Part shown: in pieces, positions 1 through 11,750 of the stretch
Position numbering within the stretch: position 1 is the stretch's first letter
Layout: each line of letters starts with the position of its first letter
Assembly: GCA_903833275.1 (NCBI GenBank)
Contig: CAILEP010000020.1
Location: 8,277-72,276 of the forward strand
Source of the DNA: an uncultured Bdellovibrionales bacterium
GTDB taxonomy: Bacteria; Bdellovibrionota; Bdellovibrionia; Bdellovibrionales; UBA1609
Direction: 5' to 3'
Length of the DNA stretch: 64,000 nt
Notes under the pieces: generated by a model
The model's database searches: none
Told to the model about the DNA's origin: nothing
The model's input: only the letters and a program-made list of their open reading frames with translations
Position numbers and translations under genes: made by a program

Positions 1-849
1 AGCGTCAAAAATACGCAGCAGATTACGCGAGCCATGAAAATGGTCTCGGCCGCGAAGCTGCGTCGAGCGCAAGAACAAATTGTGAATATGCGCCCGTATG
101 CCAACCGAATTATGAAAATCATTGCAAATGTCGCAACGACACAGCGAGTGGAACATGCTCTTTTGCAAACGCCAGCGACGAACAAGCGGTTGTTGCTCGT
201 CGTGCTTACATCGGACCGCGGACTTTGCGGCGGCTTCAACAATTCAGTCTGTCGATTTCTTGAAAAATATTTGAAGACTGAGCGTGAGAAATTCGAAAAA
301 GTCGACTGCATATTTATCGGCAAAAAAGGCGCAGATTATTTTCGCAGACGTGGCATTGCGCCTCGCCAAGTCATTTTGAATCTAGCTCGGGAGATTTCTT
401 ATACGATGGCGGCGGATCTCGCAAAAACATGTATGCAAGAGTTTATGTCCGGCGATTACGACGAGGTTCGGTTTGTTTATAACGAATTTAAGTCGGCAAT
501 TTCGCAAAAACTTGTTGCCGAGACAATTTTGCCTGTCGATGTGACGAAGTCGGAATTTCAATCGGGCGACAACCATGCTTTTCCATTCGCACAAGATCTG
601 ATTTTTGAACCGGCGCCGGAGCAAATGATTGATCAACTTTTGGCGCAGCATTTTTCGGTACAGGTGTACCGTTGCATGGCAGAAAGCGTAGCGGCGGAAC
701 ACGCGGCACGAATGTCATCAATGGAAAATGCGACAAAGAATGCGAAAGACATGATTTCAAAACTAACATTAACTTATAACAATTTGCGACAGGCTTCGAT
801 CACCCGAGAGCTAATAGAAATTTGCTCGGGCGCCGAAGCTATTCAATAG
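1..849 (+). CDS. atpG: ATP synthase F1 gamma subunit (5' truncated by the window edge)
   Basis: Frame is open from base 1 (SVKNTQQITRAMKMVSAAKL); motifs TSDRGLCGGFN and YNNLRQASITREL; lies before atpD. Confidence 0.98.
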   Translation, partial: SVKNTQQITRAMKMVSAAKLRRAQEQIVNMRPYANRIMKIIANVATTQRVEHALLQTPATNKRLLLVVLTSDRGLCGGFNNSVCRFLEKYLKTEREKFEKVDCIFIGKKGADYFRRRGIAPRQVILNLAREISYTMAADLAKTCMQEFMSGDYDEVRFVYNEFKSAISQKLVAETILPVDVTKSEFQSGDNHAFPFAQDLIFEPAPEQMIDQLLAQHFSVQVYRCMAESVAAEHAARMSSMENATKNAKDMISKLTLTYNNLRQASITRELIEICSGAEAIQ

Positions 850-868
850 ATTTTAGAATTAACAGTGA

Positions 869-2311
<1,443 letters not shown>

Positions 2312-2313
2312 TA

Positions 2314-2715
2314 ATGTTTAAGCTCACGCTGGTTACTCCGCAGAAGAGATTGCTGTCAGAGGTAGAGGTCGAAGAAATAATCGTCCCGGCAGACCGTGGT
2401 GAGCTTAATATTTTGCCAGGCCATGCCCCACTGATGACGACCCTTCGAGCTGGTATCTTTCGCGCCCGCTTAAAAGGTGAAACAGAATTTAAGTCGGCTG
2501 CAATTAGCTGGGGTTATTGCGAAGTAAGCCCAACGGGCGTCAGTGTACTAGCTGACACGGCGGAGTGGCCTGATGAAATCAGCAAAGAGCGAGCCACTCA
2601 GCAGTATCAACTCGCGCAATCGAGACTTCAGGACGCGGGGCTCACGCCAGATGAGTATGTCATGGCTCAAAACAAATCGCTAAAAGAACTAGCTCGACTT
2701 TCGGTTGTAAAATAA
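2314..2715 (+). CDS. atpC: ATP synthase F1 epsilon subunit
   Basis: LVTP...GELNILPGHAPL motif; position after atpD. Confidence 0.96.
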   Translation: MFKLTLVTPQKRLLSEVEVEEIIVPADRGELNILPGHAPLMTTLRAGIFRARLKGETEFKSAAISWGYCEVSPTGVSVLADTAEWPDEISKERATQQYQLAQSRLQDAGLTPDEYVMAQNKSLKELARLSVVK

Positions 2716-2805
2716 CCAGCCCACGTCTTTTGACCGCGACAATAGTCGCAAATTCGACGGCCAATATAATCTTAAGACCAATGATGCCTATATACTTAAA
2801 GCAGT

Positions 2806-3723
2806 ATGGCAGCAGGGTTTTGTTCACGAAATATTCAAACGCTTATTGTCGCCATTTTCTTTTTGGCCATTGCGCAAATTTGTTCTCAAGCCCTTGCGAG
2901 CCCCGAGCAGCAATTTGAAGAAGAAAAAATCAAGGATCAAGAGGCGCGCGATAAGGTTCGAGTCTTAATTGAGAAACGCAAGGCTGAAGAGCAAAGCCTC
3001 AAAGACCATCCGATTACAGCTCAAGAAATTAAAGATCGGCAGCTAGTCGAAGTTGAACCCGTTAATGTGTTGTCAGGAGATTTGTCGTCGGTCTACAAGC
3101 TTTTGCCGTACAAGATTCGACGGCCGAAGTGGGGCCAACAGTTTGGCGTCTCTTATTCGGGATACACCCCGAATAACTATAAAAGCGACTATATAGGCGC
3201 AGGTTCTGGAATTGTTTTTTCAGACCTCTACGGTAAGGCAGAAACGCCATTGATCGAGCTGGCCTACGGCTACAAATACAATTTTGACCAAGGGAGCCTC
3301 ACGGCAGAATTCGGCGCAGGCTATTATGGCAATACGGCCAATGCCGGTACGGTTATCGGTGACTCGGTTCTGACGATAGAGCCGATTCGTCTTGGGTTGA
3401 GATTTACGGCTGATAATCTATTTTTTGAGCCCTATATTGCGCCCTATATTGAAGGCGGCATTTATTCTGTTCTTTATTCGGAAAAAGTGGGCAATGTAAA
3501 TTTCAGCGGCAACACCCAGTTAGCGCCATTTTACTCGGCAGGGATCCTTTTTCAGCTCAATTGGTTAGACCCGATAAGTGCAGTCACTTCTTACACCGAG
3601 TCGGGCCTTGAGAACTCGTATGTATTTCTAGAGGTACGACAGTTTATGAAGTCTTCAGCCGGTAAAGACCCTGACTTCTCGAATGACCCGGCTCTTGGCG
3701 GCGGCATTAATTTTGAATTTTAG
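2806..3723 (+). CDS. Predicted outer-membrane beta-barrel protein of unknown function
   Basis: Signal peptide (ALA-S), aromatic/Gly alternating strands, C-terminal GINFEF resembling a Bam beta-signal. Confidence 0.65.
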   Translation: MAAGFCSRNIQTLIVAIFFLAIAQICSQALASPEQQFEEEKIKDQEARDKVRVLIEKRKAEEQSLKDHPITAQEIKDRQLVEVEPVNVLSGDLSSVYKLLPYKIRRPKWGQQFGVSYSGYTPNNYKSDYIGAGSGIVFSDLYGKAETPLIELAYGYKYNFDQGSLTAEFGAGYYGNTANAGTVIGDSVLTIEPIRLGLRFTADNLFFEPYIAPYIEGGIYSVLYSEKVGNVNFSGNTQLAPFYSAGILFQLNWLDPISAVTSYTESGLENSYVFLEVRQFMKSSAGKDPDFSNDPALGGGINFEF

Positions 3724-6700
3724 GTCGGCTGTCTCCGAGAATGCTTTGCCGAAATGACGGCGGGCAAAGATTAATCAAAAATCGAAGCTCGTCGACGACT
3801 CGAAGCCATGAAAGTTCGCTCATGCGAATTTTCAACTTCTGATCAGGGGCGATTTGGTACTTTTTATTCTCTCGAGCGGTTAGCCGAATAATTTCATCGG
3901 TGGGCAATGGCGTTCTATCGGTAAACGCCACCGAAAGTGCTAATTTGCCGGCGCTGATGTCGCGCACCCCGAGGCCGCGACAAAGATGTCGAATGTACAT
4001 AAGCCCCAGAAGATTGAGCACCTGTTCGGGTGGCGCACCAAATTGATCGCGCAGCTCGTCTTCAATTTTATTGACGTCTTCTTCTGAGCGAATTTGCGAA
4101 AGGATTTTATAGTAGTAAAGGCGCATTCTGATGTCAGGAATATATTTGTCGGGCAACAACGCTGAAACTTTCAAATTAATTTCGGGTTCAACTTCGCTTT
4201 CAATCAGGGCTTCGCCTTTTTGTGTGCGCACGGCCTCTTCAAGAAGCTCTAAGTAGAGCTCGTAGCCGACGGCATTAATATGGCCAGACTGGTCTTCGCC
4301 TAAAATATCTCCGGCGCCCCGCAATTCTAGGTCATACTGTGCAACGCGAAGGCCGCTGCCGAGGGCCGTGTTCTCTTGAATAATGCGAAGTCGTTCGTGG
4401 GCGACTGGGTCGATTCGGCGCTCTGGCGGAAGTAGTAAATAGCAATATGCGCGCTCTTTGCTGCGGCCGACCCGGCCCCGAAGTTGGTAGAGCTGGCTCA
4501 CTCCAAAAGTGTGAGCGTTGTCGATGAAAATAGTGTTCGCCCGCGGGATGTCTATGCCAGATTCAATGATGGCGGTGCAAACCAGAATATCAATTTCATG
4601 ATTGAAAACCTTAAACATGGTTTTCTCAAGCTGCTCTTCGTCCATTTGGCCATGGGCAATGGCAAGACGGGCCGTCGGAACAAATTCGCGAATACGGGCG
4701 GCGGACTCTTCGATTGTTTGCACGCGATTGTGCAGAAAAAAGACCTGGCCGCCGCGCTGGATCTCGCTCTCGATAGCCTTGCGAATGGTATCGCCGTCGT
4801 ATTTACATACAAACGTTCGAGTGGGCAGCCGATCTTCGGGCGGAGTATTAATTAAACTCAAATCGCGAATCCCGACGAGACTCATGTTGAGCGTTCGCGG
4901 GATTGGCGTCGCCGACATCGCAATTGTATCGACACTCTCTCGCATGTGTCGCAGACGCTCTTTGTGAGTCACGCCGAACTTCTGTTCTTCGTCGACGATG
5001 AGAAGCCCAAGATCTTTAAACGCGATATCTTTACTAAGAAGTCGATGTGTGCCGATAACGATATCTACCCGCCCGGCCTTTAGATCACTCACCGTCTTTT
5101 TGACGTCGGCAGCCGAAACAAAACGGTTGAGCTCGCGAATTTCAATCGGCCAGTCCTTAAAGCGCTTCTTAAAATTCTCAAAATGTTGAAAGGTCAAAAT
5201 TGTGGTCGGTGCGATAATTGCGACCTGCTTTTTTTCTTGAACAACTTTAAATGTGGCCCGCATGGCAATTTCTGTTTTACCAAAGCCGACATCGCCGCAA
5301 ATGAGACGATCCATTGGTTTGTCACTGGCGAGATCGTGAAGAACGTCATGGACTGCGCGAAGTTGATCGTCGGTCTCTTCATACGGAAAGCCATCTTCGA
5401 ATCGTGCGAAATCGTCATCAATCGGCTGAAAGGCCGGGCGATGAAGCTGAGAGCGGCGTGCATAAAGCTGCAACAAGCGCGCGGCAACATCGCGCAGCTG
5501 GCCGCGAACCTTGGTTTTTGTTTTAGCCCAACCGGTGCCGCCGAGCTTGTCGATAAGATGAGTAGAGCTGGGCCCGGCATACTTGTGAAGCTGCCCAATT
5601 CGGTAGACCGGCAAATAAAGCCGATCTTTGTCTTTGTAGTGCAACTCGATAAATTCTGACTGTGCACCATCGACGTCAATAATCTTAAGACCCTGGTAGA
5701 GGCCGATCCCATGAATTCGGTGTACAACAAAATCGCCGGGCTGAAGATCGCCAAAACTTAAGGCTTCCGACCGACCGAGCCCCTCATCCTCTTGAGAAAG
5801 TTGTCGGCGAACTTTTCGACGGCCCCAAAAGTTTTCGTCACGCAAAAAAACTAACGGTTCATCGGGTAGCCGAAAGCTCTCTGGCAAAGGGCGAATTATG
5901 AGCGCAATCAAATTCAAGTTACGCTTAAGAGACTCTTGAATTTCGGTCCAACTAAAATTTTCTTCTTCGACAAATAAAGACTCGTAGCCAGCCCGTTCAA
6001 AAATCACGCGAAGACGATCCGCACCACTTCGAGTTTGACTTGATACATAGACCAAGTATCCGCGGGCTCGCCACTCCGCAAATTTCTTTTTAACATAGTC
6101 AGATAATTGATTCTGGTCGTGTGACAAGGCTTGCGCTTGGTTCGAAAATTCTTGCAAAGAACTCGATGAAAATTCAATAGCCTGATCGGCGGCTTCAGCT
6201 GAGGTAACAAGGCTTGCTTTATTAACCCGAATAATGTGGCTTTCTTCAGGCAGATCAAGTTTATCTAGCGGGCTATATACCGATTCGTGTGGCACCAACA
6301 GAACCTGATGTTCGGCGGCGGAGTAGCCAGATTTTAAACCACTAAATAGCTCGTCAGCGACGCGGGTGATATCAAGATGATCGTAATACCAAAAATCAAC
6401 GGGGCGTGAAAAATAAGATACCGGGCTCTCGAGTTTCTCGTAGAAATAAGGCAGCAAATAGTCGACGCCGTAAAAAGGTCGGCCCTGCGAAACAGAACGC
6501 AGAATTTCTTGTAGCTCATCTTTTGAAACCGGGCGGTTGGCCGCGGATTTCTGGAGAAAGCTGGCGACGCGGGTGCGGTTATCATCGGTATAAAGAACTT
6601 CGCGCGCCGGCAGAATGGTGATTTGTTCAACGTCGCCAATACTGAGTTGGGTAAGGGGGTCAAAGAACCGCATGGATTCTATGGTTTCACCGAAAAGTTC

Positions 6701-7309
6701 AAGGCGAACCGGTCGGTCGTGGGCCGAGGAGAAAAGGTCAAATACGCCCCCGCGGGCGGAAAAGCTGCCAACGTCTTCAACCGTGGGGGCTGACGCGTAG
6801 CCAAGCTTAAGAAGCAAGTCTGTGAAATTATCTGGCAATTGGCCGCGTTTTGAAATTTTCAGAATATGCGAAGAGAAGAAATTAAACGGTAGCGTCTTTT
6901 GCATGAGGGCTTCGGCCGTTGCGACAAAGATTTCGCCGCCTTGAGCCGACTGAGCCTCGTTTAACCAGCGCAAGCGAGCGGCAATAGTTTTGGGGCTGGG
7001 GTATAGATTCGAATATAAGCCGACATCAAAGGGTGGCAGGATCAGGGCCCGGGCCTGCGGGTCAAAAAACTGCAGAGCGGCGACAAAGTTTTCGGCGGTT
7101 TCAAGATCGCTGGTAACGACCAAGTGTGGGTTTTTTTGCAACCGAGGGGAAGAATGGGTCTGTGAAAGCAGCATCCCCAGCGGGGTACACGAGTGCATTC
7201 CCACCAAATCATGTGGTGGGGGGGCAAATTCAAGAGCCCGAACTACTCGTGAAAGAAGCTCGAGCCGAAAGGGCTCGACAGAAAAACCCATGGTCGGCCA
7301 CACTACCAA
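3707..7309 (-). CDS. mfd: Transcription-repair coupling factor (exact start uncertain)
   Basis: UvrB-like N-terminus, RID (VVHRIHGIGLY), GDVGFGKT, DEEQKFG, QLRGRVGRS, TRG motif. Confidence 0.97.
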   Translation of the reverse strand: MVVWPTMGFSVEPFRLELLSRVVRALEFAPPPHDLVGMHSCTPLGMLLSQTHSSPRLQKNPHLVVTSDLETAENFVAALQFFDPQARALILPPFDVGLYSNLYPSPKTIAARLRWLNEAQSAQGGEIFVATAEALMQKTLPFNFFSSHILKISKRGQLPDNFTDLLLKLGYASAPTVEDVGSFSARGGVFDLFSSAHDRPVRLELFGETIESMRFFDPLTQLSIGDVEQITILPAREVLYTDDNRTRVASFLQKSAANRPVSKDELQEILRSVSQGRPFYGVDYLLPYFYEKLESPVSYFSRPVDFWYYDHLDITRVADELFSGLKSGYSAAEHQVLLVPHESVYSPLDKLDLPEESHIIRVNKASLVTSAEAADQAIEFSSSSLQEFSNQAQALSHDQNQLSDYVKKKFAEWRARGYLVYVSSQTRSGADRLRVIFERAGYESLFVEEENFSWTEIQESLKRNLNLIALIIRPLPESFRLPDEPLVFLRDENFWGRRKVRRQLSQEDEGLGRSEALSFGDLQPGDFVVHRIHGIGLYQGLKIIDVDGAQSEFIELHYKDKDRLYLPVYRIGQLHKYAGPSSTHLIDKLGGTGWAKTKTKVRGQLRDVAARLLQLYARRSQLHRPAFQPIDDDFARFEDGFPYEETDDQLRAVHDVLHDLASDKPMDRLICGDVGFGKTEIAMRATFKVVQEKKQVAIIAPTTILTFQHFENFKKRFKDWPIEIRELNRFVSAADVKKTVSDLKAGRVDIVIGTHRLLSKDIAFKDLGLLIVDEEQKFGVTHKERLRHMRESVDTIAMSATPIPRTLNMSLVGIRDLSLINTPPEDRLPTRTFVCKYDGDTIRKAIESEIQRGGQVFFLHNRVQTIEESAARIREFVPTARLAIAHGQMDEEQLEKTMFKVFNHEIDILVCTAIIESGIDIPRANTIFIDNAHTFGVSQLYQLRGRVGRSKERAYCYLLLPPERRIDPVAHERLRIIQENTALGSGLRVAQYDLELRGAGDILGEDQSGHINAVGYELYLELLEEAVRTQKGEALIESEVEPEINLKVSALLPDKYIPDIRMRLYYYKILSQIRSEEDVNKIEDELRDQFGAPPEQVLNLLGLMYIRHLCRGLGVRDISAGKLALSVAFTDRTPLPTDEIIRLTARENKKYQIAPDQKLKIRMSELSWLRVVDELRFLINLCPPSFRQSILGDSRPKIQN

Positions 7310-7446
7310 AAATCCCCTCAGTGTGCAGACTTAGCTCGCTGCACAAACGACATCGACCGCGAATTTAGTTGGAGATCGAACTTTGCCTTTGTATAACTGT
7401 TGGGTAACGAAACCTTATCAACATGATTTAACAACGGATTGACCGT

Positions 7447-7818
7447 ATGACGCCGCTTTTTGCTGCCCTCATTTTGTTCTTCTTTGTTCTGTTTTTTGGG
7501 CTATTTTTAGTTTGGGTATCTGGGCTATTGGGCCCAAAAACTAAATTTAACAAAGTAAAGAGCGAGGCTTATGAGTGCGGGCTGCCTTCGCAAGAAACTC
7601 ACAACACGAAAATCCCAGTCAAATTCTACCTAACCGCCATTTTATTTATTCTTTTCGATATTGAAATCATTTTCATGTACCCCTGGGCCGTTTCTTTTAT
7701 TGAATTCGTTCAATCAGGTGCTGGCCCGTATATTCTCGGGGTAATGGGCGTTTTCTTGGCAATATTTATTTACGGGTTATTTTGGGAGATCAAGTCCAAC
7801 GCTCTCGAGTGGGAATAA
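7447..7818 (+). CDS. nuoA: NADH-quinone oxidoreductase subunit A
   Basis: YECG loop, FILFDIE motif, C-terminal LEWE. Confidence 0.96.
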   Translation: MTPLFAALILFFFVLFFGLFLVWVSGLLGPKTKFNKVKSEAYECGLPSQETHNTKIPVKFYLTAILFILFDIEIIFMYPWAVSFIEFVQSGAGPYILGVMGVFLAIFIYGLFWEIKSNALEWE

Positions 7819-7824
7819 ATCATC

Positions 7825-8970
7825 ATGGGTTCAGACGTTTTTGAAATAACAGTTAATTTAGTTAAAATGCTTTTTATTTTCTTGTTGATGGTTCAACTTG
7901 TGCCTGTTTTGGTGTGGGTCGAGCGTCGGGGCTCAGCGTTTATTCAAAGTCGTTTTGGACCAAACCGCGTCGGCCCCCTCGGCCTAACTCAACTTTTGGC
8001 TGATGCAGTTAAGTTTTTGATGAAAGAAGAGTTTGTGCCGGCTCAAGGCAAAAAACTTTTATTCTATTTGGCTCCAGCGATCGCGCTGGTGCCCGGCGCC
8101 GTGGCGTTTGGTTCGATACCACTTTCGTGCCCGGTTCACATCCAGAGATTTCTTATGCTTCAACACTGGTGGGGGCCCTATGATTTTGAATTTCAAAGTT
8201 TTCATTTCGGGGTCGGGATTGTTTTTGTATTGGGCATTTCTTCTCTGGGCGCATACGCCTTGCTTTTGGCCGGCTGGGGTTCGGCAAATAAATTCTCCTT
8301 AATGGGGGCTCTTCGCGCGAGCGCACAAATGATCAGCTATGAACTAGCTCTCGGCCTATCGTTGGTTGGGGCCATATTAATTTATGGGACGTTTGATTTT
8401 ACAGAAATGATTGCGCAACAAGCACAGGTCTTTAATTTTGAACTTCTCGGGCACGCGTTTCACCTCAGAAAATATGGGATATTGATGCAGCCCATAGGGG
8501 CGATTCTTTATTTCTCGTCAATATTTGCAGAAACCAATCGCCTGCCCTTCGATCTGCCCGAAGCCGAAGGCGAACTCGTAGTCGGTTATCACACTGAGTA
8601 TGGCGGCTTAAAAATGCTGATGTTTTATATCGGCGAATACGGGCACATGATGGTGGGCTCTGCACTTTTTGTGACGTTCTATCTCGGCGGCTACACCATC
8701 CCGCTCTTGACGACGACGCAAATCAATAATCTGTTTTTAAGTATGGGCGCAGGGCCAAACGTTATTTCAATTTTAACGGCCTTGGTGTTTCACGTCGCAT
8801 TTTTCGCTAAAGTTTTGTTTCTTCTCTGGGTCTTCGTTTGGGTGCGTTGGACGTTGCCGCGCTTTCGATACGATCAGCTAATGGATTTGGGTTGGAAGAC
8901 AATGTTGCCCTGGTCACTTGCAAACGTGATCGTTACGGCCGTCGTTGTTGCCTACGTGAGGAGCAAGTAA
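7825..8970 (+). CDS. nuoH: NADH-quinone oxidoreductase subunit H
   Basis: GPNRVGPLG, AETNRLPFDLPEAE, PRFRYDQLM motifs. Confidence 0.97.
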   Translation: MGSDVFEITVNLVKMLFIFLLMVQLVPVLVWVERRGSAFIQSRFGPNRVGPLGLTQLLADAVKFLMKEEFVPAQGKKLLFYLAPAIALVPGAVAFGSIPLSCPVHIQRFLMLQHWWGPYDFEFQSFHFGVGIVFVLGISSLGAYALLLAGWGSANKFSLMGALRASAQMISYELALGLSLVGAILIYGTFDFTEMIAQQAQVFNFELLGHAFHLRKYGILMQPIGAILYFSSIFAETNRLPFDLPEAEGELVVGYHTEYGGLKMLMFYIGEYGHMMVGSALFVTFYLGGYTIPLLTTTQINNLFLSMGAGPNVISILTALVFHVAFFAKVLFLLWVFVWVRWTLPRFRYDQLMDLGWKTMLPWSLANVIVTAVVVAYVRSK

Positions 8971-9503
8971 TGGACATAAGTACGATTATCTTTATTATTT
9001 TAGCCACAATTATTGTGGTTTCGTCTGTTTCAGTACTTATGACACCGAACCCAATCTATGCGGCCTTTTCGCTCGCCATCACAATGGTGACAATGGGTTT
9101 TCTTTACTTTTCGCTCGACGCTGATTTTATCGCCGGTGTTCAGCTTATAGTCTATGCGGGCGCCGTTATGGTGCTTTTCGTAATGGTTCTAATGTTGTTT
9201 GATCTTGAAAAAGAGACGGAGGCCTACTCAAAAGGTACGTTCAGTGTATTTCTTAAACTTATGTGCGGTCTATTTTTGACGGGCGCCGTGGCGTTGTCGG
9301 TGCGGCAGTCGATCAAGGGCCTTTCTGACGTCGCGAAAGTGGCGACCCCAGCTGAGCAAGTTGAAACAATTAAATTATTGGCCGGTCGTTTGTTTACTCA
9401 ATATGTTTTTGCCTTCGAGGCGCTGGGCGTATTGTTGCTGGTAATCGCGATTGGCGTTGTGGCGGTCGCAAGATCGCGCGGAGGTACGCATGCCCGACAT
9501 TAG
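8970..9503 (+). CDS. nuoJ: NADH-quinone oxidoreductase subunit J
   Basis: [19 protein letters not shown] motif; ATG overlaps the nuoH stop (TAATG), so the start is reassigned from 8838. Confidence 0.95.
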   Translation: MDISTIIFIILATIIVVSSVSVLMTPNPIYAAFSLAITMVTMGFLYFSLDADFIAGVQLIVYAGAVMVLFVMVLMLFDLEKETEAYSKGTFSVFLKLMCGLFLTGAVALSVRQSIKGLSDVAKVATPAEQVETIKLLAGRLFTQYVFAFEALGVLLLVIAIGVVAVARSRGGTHARH

Positions 9504-9816
9504 TCAGACGGCAGCTGTTACGCTTAATCATTATTTGGCGCTTTCAGCGATCGTTTTTACCATCGGTATGTTGTGCGTGCTATTACGTCGAAATCTCATC
9601 GTCATGCTTATGGGCATTGAGCTTATGTTGAACGCAGTGAATTTAACATTCGTGGCCTTTGCGCATTACAGTTCAGATATCTCTGGGCAAATAATGGTAT
9701 TTTTTGTGATGACAGTTGCGGCTGCCGAGGCCGGCGTTGGCCTTGCTTTGGCCGTATCGATATTTAAAAGATTTAAAGAAGTTAATATTAAGTTTCTCGA
9801 GCATCTAAAGGGCTAA
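9490..9816 (+). CDS. nuoK: NADH-quinone oxidoreductase subunit K
   Basis: [10 protein letters not shown] and [12 protein letters not shown] motifs; GGAGG SD before ATG 9490. Confidence 0.96.
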   Translation: MPDISQTAAVTLNHYLALSAIVFTIGMLCVLLRRNLIVMLMGIELMLNAVNLTFVAFAHYSSDISGQIMVFFVMTVAAAEAGVGLALAVSIFKRFKEVNIKFLEHLKG

Positions 9817-9818
9817 CA

Positions 9819-11750
9819 ATGTCAGACACTACACTTCTTTTAGTTCTTCTACTTGCGCCTCTCGCCGGGGCTATGTTTAACGGAGCCAGATATAAAAGCC
9901 ATAACGGCGTGCTAGCCGGCGTAATCGCCAGCGCGGCTATGGCGATTTCATTTGCTTCGGCTGTTCTATTGGTTTTGAAACTAGGCGGCCTGGGCGAAGA
10001 GCACCGCCGAATTAAAGTTGATCTTTTTAACTGGATTAGTTCTGGCGAATTTGAAGCGCGCGCGGCCTTTGTTGTCGATCAAATTAGCGCAGTTATGATT
10101 TTGATCGTAACTGGAGTGGGCACCTTAATTCATATTTTTAGCATTGGGTATATGTCGCATGACGAGCGCCCGGCCAAGTATTTTGCCTATTTAAATTTTT
10201 TCATTTTCAATATGCTGCTTTTGGTGCTCGGTGAAAATCTACTTGTGATGTTTGCGGGCTGGGAAGGCGTTGGGCTGTGTTCATACCTACTCATCGGCTT
10301 TTGGTTTAAAGATTCAGAAAAATCCGCGGCGGGCATGAAGGCATTTATCACCAATCGAATCGGTGACGCCGGTTTTTTGCTGGGGATATTTCTGCTTTAC
10401 GTTACATTTGGCACCGTAAGTTTTTCTGAGCTCGCGCAACTAATGCCAGCCGCACCGGAGTCTGCATGGTGGGGCCCAATAACGCTTTCATGTTTATTTT
10501 TGTTTATCGGCGCAACAGGTAAGTCTGCGCAGATCCCACTTTATGTATGGTTGCCAGATGCAATGGCCGGCCCTACTCCAGTTTCGGCGCTCATCCATGC
10601 GGCAACAATGGTGACCGCCGGCGTCTATATGATTGTGCGTTTAAGCCCCGTGTTTATAATGGCACCGAATGCGATGTTGGTTGTTGCTTGTGTTGGTGCG
10701 GCGACTGCGCTTTTTGCGGCCACAATTGGCCTTACTCAATGGGATATTAAGAAAGTCCTCGCCTATTCTACGGTTTCGCAGTTGGGCTATATGTTTTTGG
10801 CCTGCGGCGTGGGCGCATTCACTCCAGCGCTCTTTCACGTCATGACACACGCTTTTTTTAAGGCCCTAATGTTCTTGGGTTCGGGCTCCGTTATTCACGC
10901 GATGTCTGGCGAACAAGATATTAGAAAAATGGGCGGGCTTAAGAAGAAGCTGCCGATAACTTATTTAACGTTTCTAGTTGGCTGGCTCGCTATTATTGGC
11001 GTGCCCCCGTTTGCTGGTTTCTTTAGTAAAGACGAAATTCTTTGGCAGGCCTACGCGAGCCCTCAAGGCGGGTTTACCTTTTGGCTGATGGGAGTTATCG
11101 GCGCGGCGTGCACCGCTTTTTATATGACAAGGCTTATGGCACTGGTTTTTTGGGGCAAGTCACGCGTGCCTGACTCAGTACACCCACACGAATCTCCGGC
11201 AAGCATGACGGTGCCGTTGATTGTTTTGGCCGTACTTTCGGCCGTTGGCGGCTGGCTGGGTATACCCGAGCTGATTTCGGAAATTCTGCCGTGGCACCCA
11301 CACAATATTTTGCACGAGTGGATGCATCACGCCGTTGCGAGCGTTAAATTAAATCATTACTCAATGGTCATAGAATGGTCATTGATGGGGATTTCAGTCG
11401 GCATCGCCGGCGTTTCAGCATGGCTGGCTTATGACTTTTATGTTCGTCGCCCCGAAGTGCCCAAAGAGCTTGCCGAAAAAGCGGGCCCACTCTACACGCT
11501 CATTTCGAACAAATATTTTGTCGACGAGTTTTATTTCGACAAAATTATTAATCCGATAGTCGATCTCAGTCGCGGCCTTTGGGGTTACATCGATGTTAAT
11601 TTTATCGACAAAATAACCTACTTGGCGTCGGACCTTGTTACTAGTGCGGGCGGTGGCTTGAAAGCGATACAAAGCGGAAACGTACAGCAGTATGCGCTCT
11701 ATATGGCCCTCGGGTTAGTCGGGATAATAATCTTTATGGTGGTGATCTAA
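9819..11750 (+). CDS. nuoL: NADH-quinone oxidoreductase subunit L
   Basis: KSAQIPLYVWLPDAMAGPTPVSALIHAATMV motif. Confidence 0.98.
   Translation: MSDTTLLLVLLLAPLAGAMFNGARYKSHNGVLAGVIASAAMAISFASAVLLVLKLGGLGEEHRRIKVDLFNWISSGEFEARAAFVVDQISAVMILIVTGVGTLIHIFSIGYMSHDERPAKYFAYLNFFIFNMLLLVLGENLLVMFAGWEGVGLCSYLLIGFWFKDSEKSAAGMKAFITNRIGDAGFLLGIFLLYVTFGTVSFSELAQLMPAAPESAWWGPITLSCLFLFIGATGKSAQIPLYVWLPDAMAGPTPVSALIHAATMVTAGVYMIVRLSPVFIMAPNAMLVVACVGAATALFAATIGLTQWDIKKVLAYSTVSQLGYMFLACGVGAFTPALFHVMTHAFFKALMFLGSGSVIHAMSGEQDIRKMGGLKKKLPITYLTFLVGWLAIIGVPPFAGFFSKDEILWQAYASPQGGFTFWLMGVIGAACTAFYMTRLMALVFWGKSRVPDSVHPHESPASMTVPLIVLAVLSAVGGWLGIPELISEILPWHPHNILHEWMHHAVASVKLNHYSMVIEWSLMGISVGIAGVSAWLAYDFYVRRPEVPKELAEKAGPLYTLISNKYFVDEFYFDKIINPIVDLSRGLWGYIDVNFIDKITYLASDLVTSAGGGLKAIQSGNVQQYALYMALGLVGIIIFMVVI

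Noticed and set aside
2736-2749. GCGAC-aata-GTCGC hairpin after atpC as a terminator
   Set aside because: Only a 5-bp stem and no following U-tract.
7414-7422. TTATCAACA resembling a DnaA box upstream of nuoA
   Set aside because: Single mismatched copy with no cluster; expected by chance.
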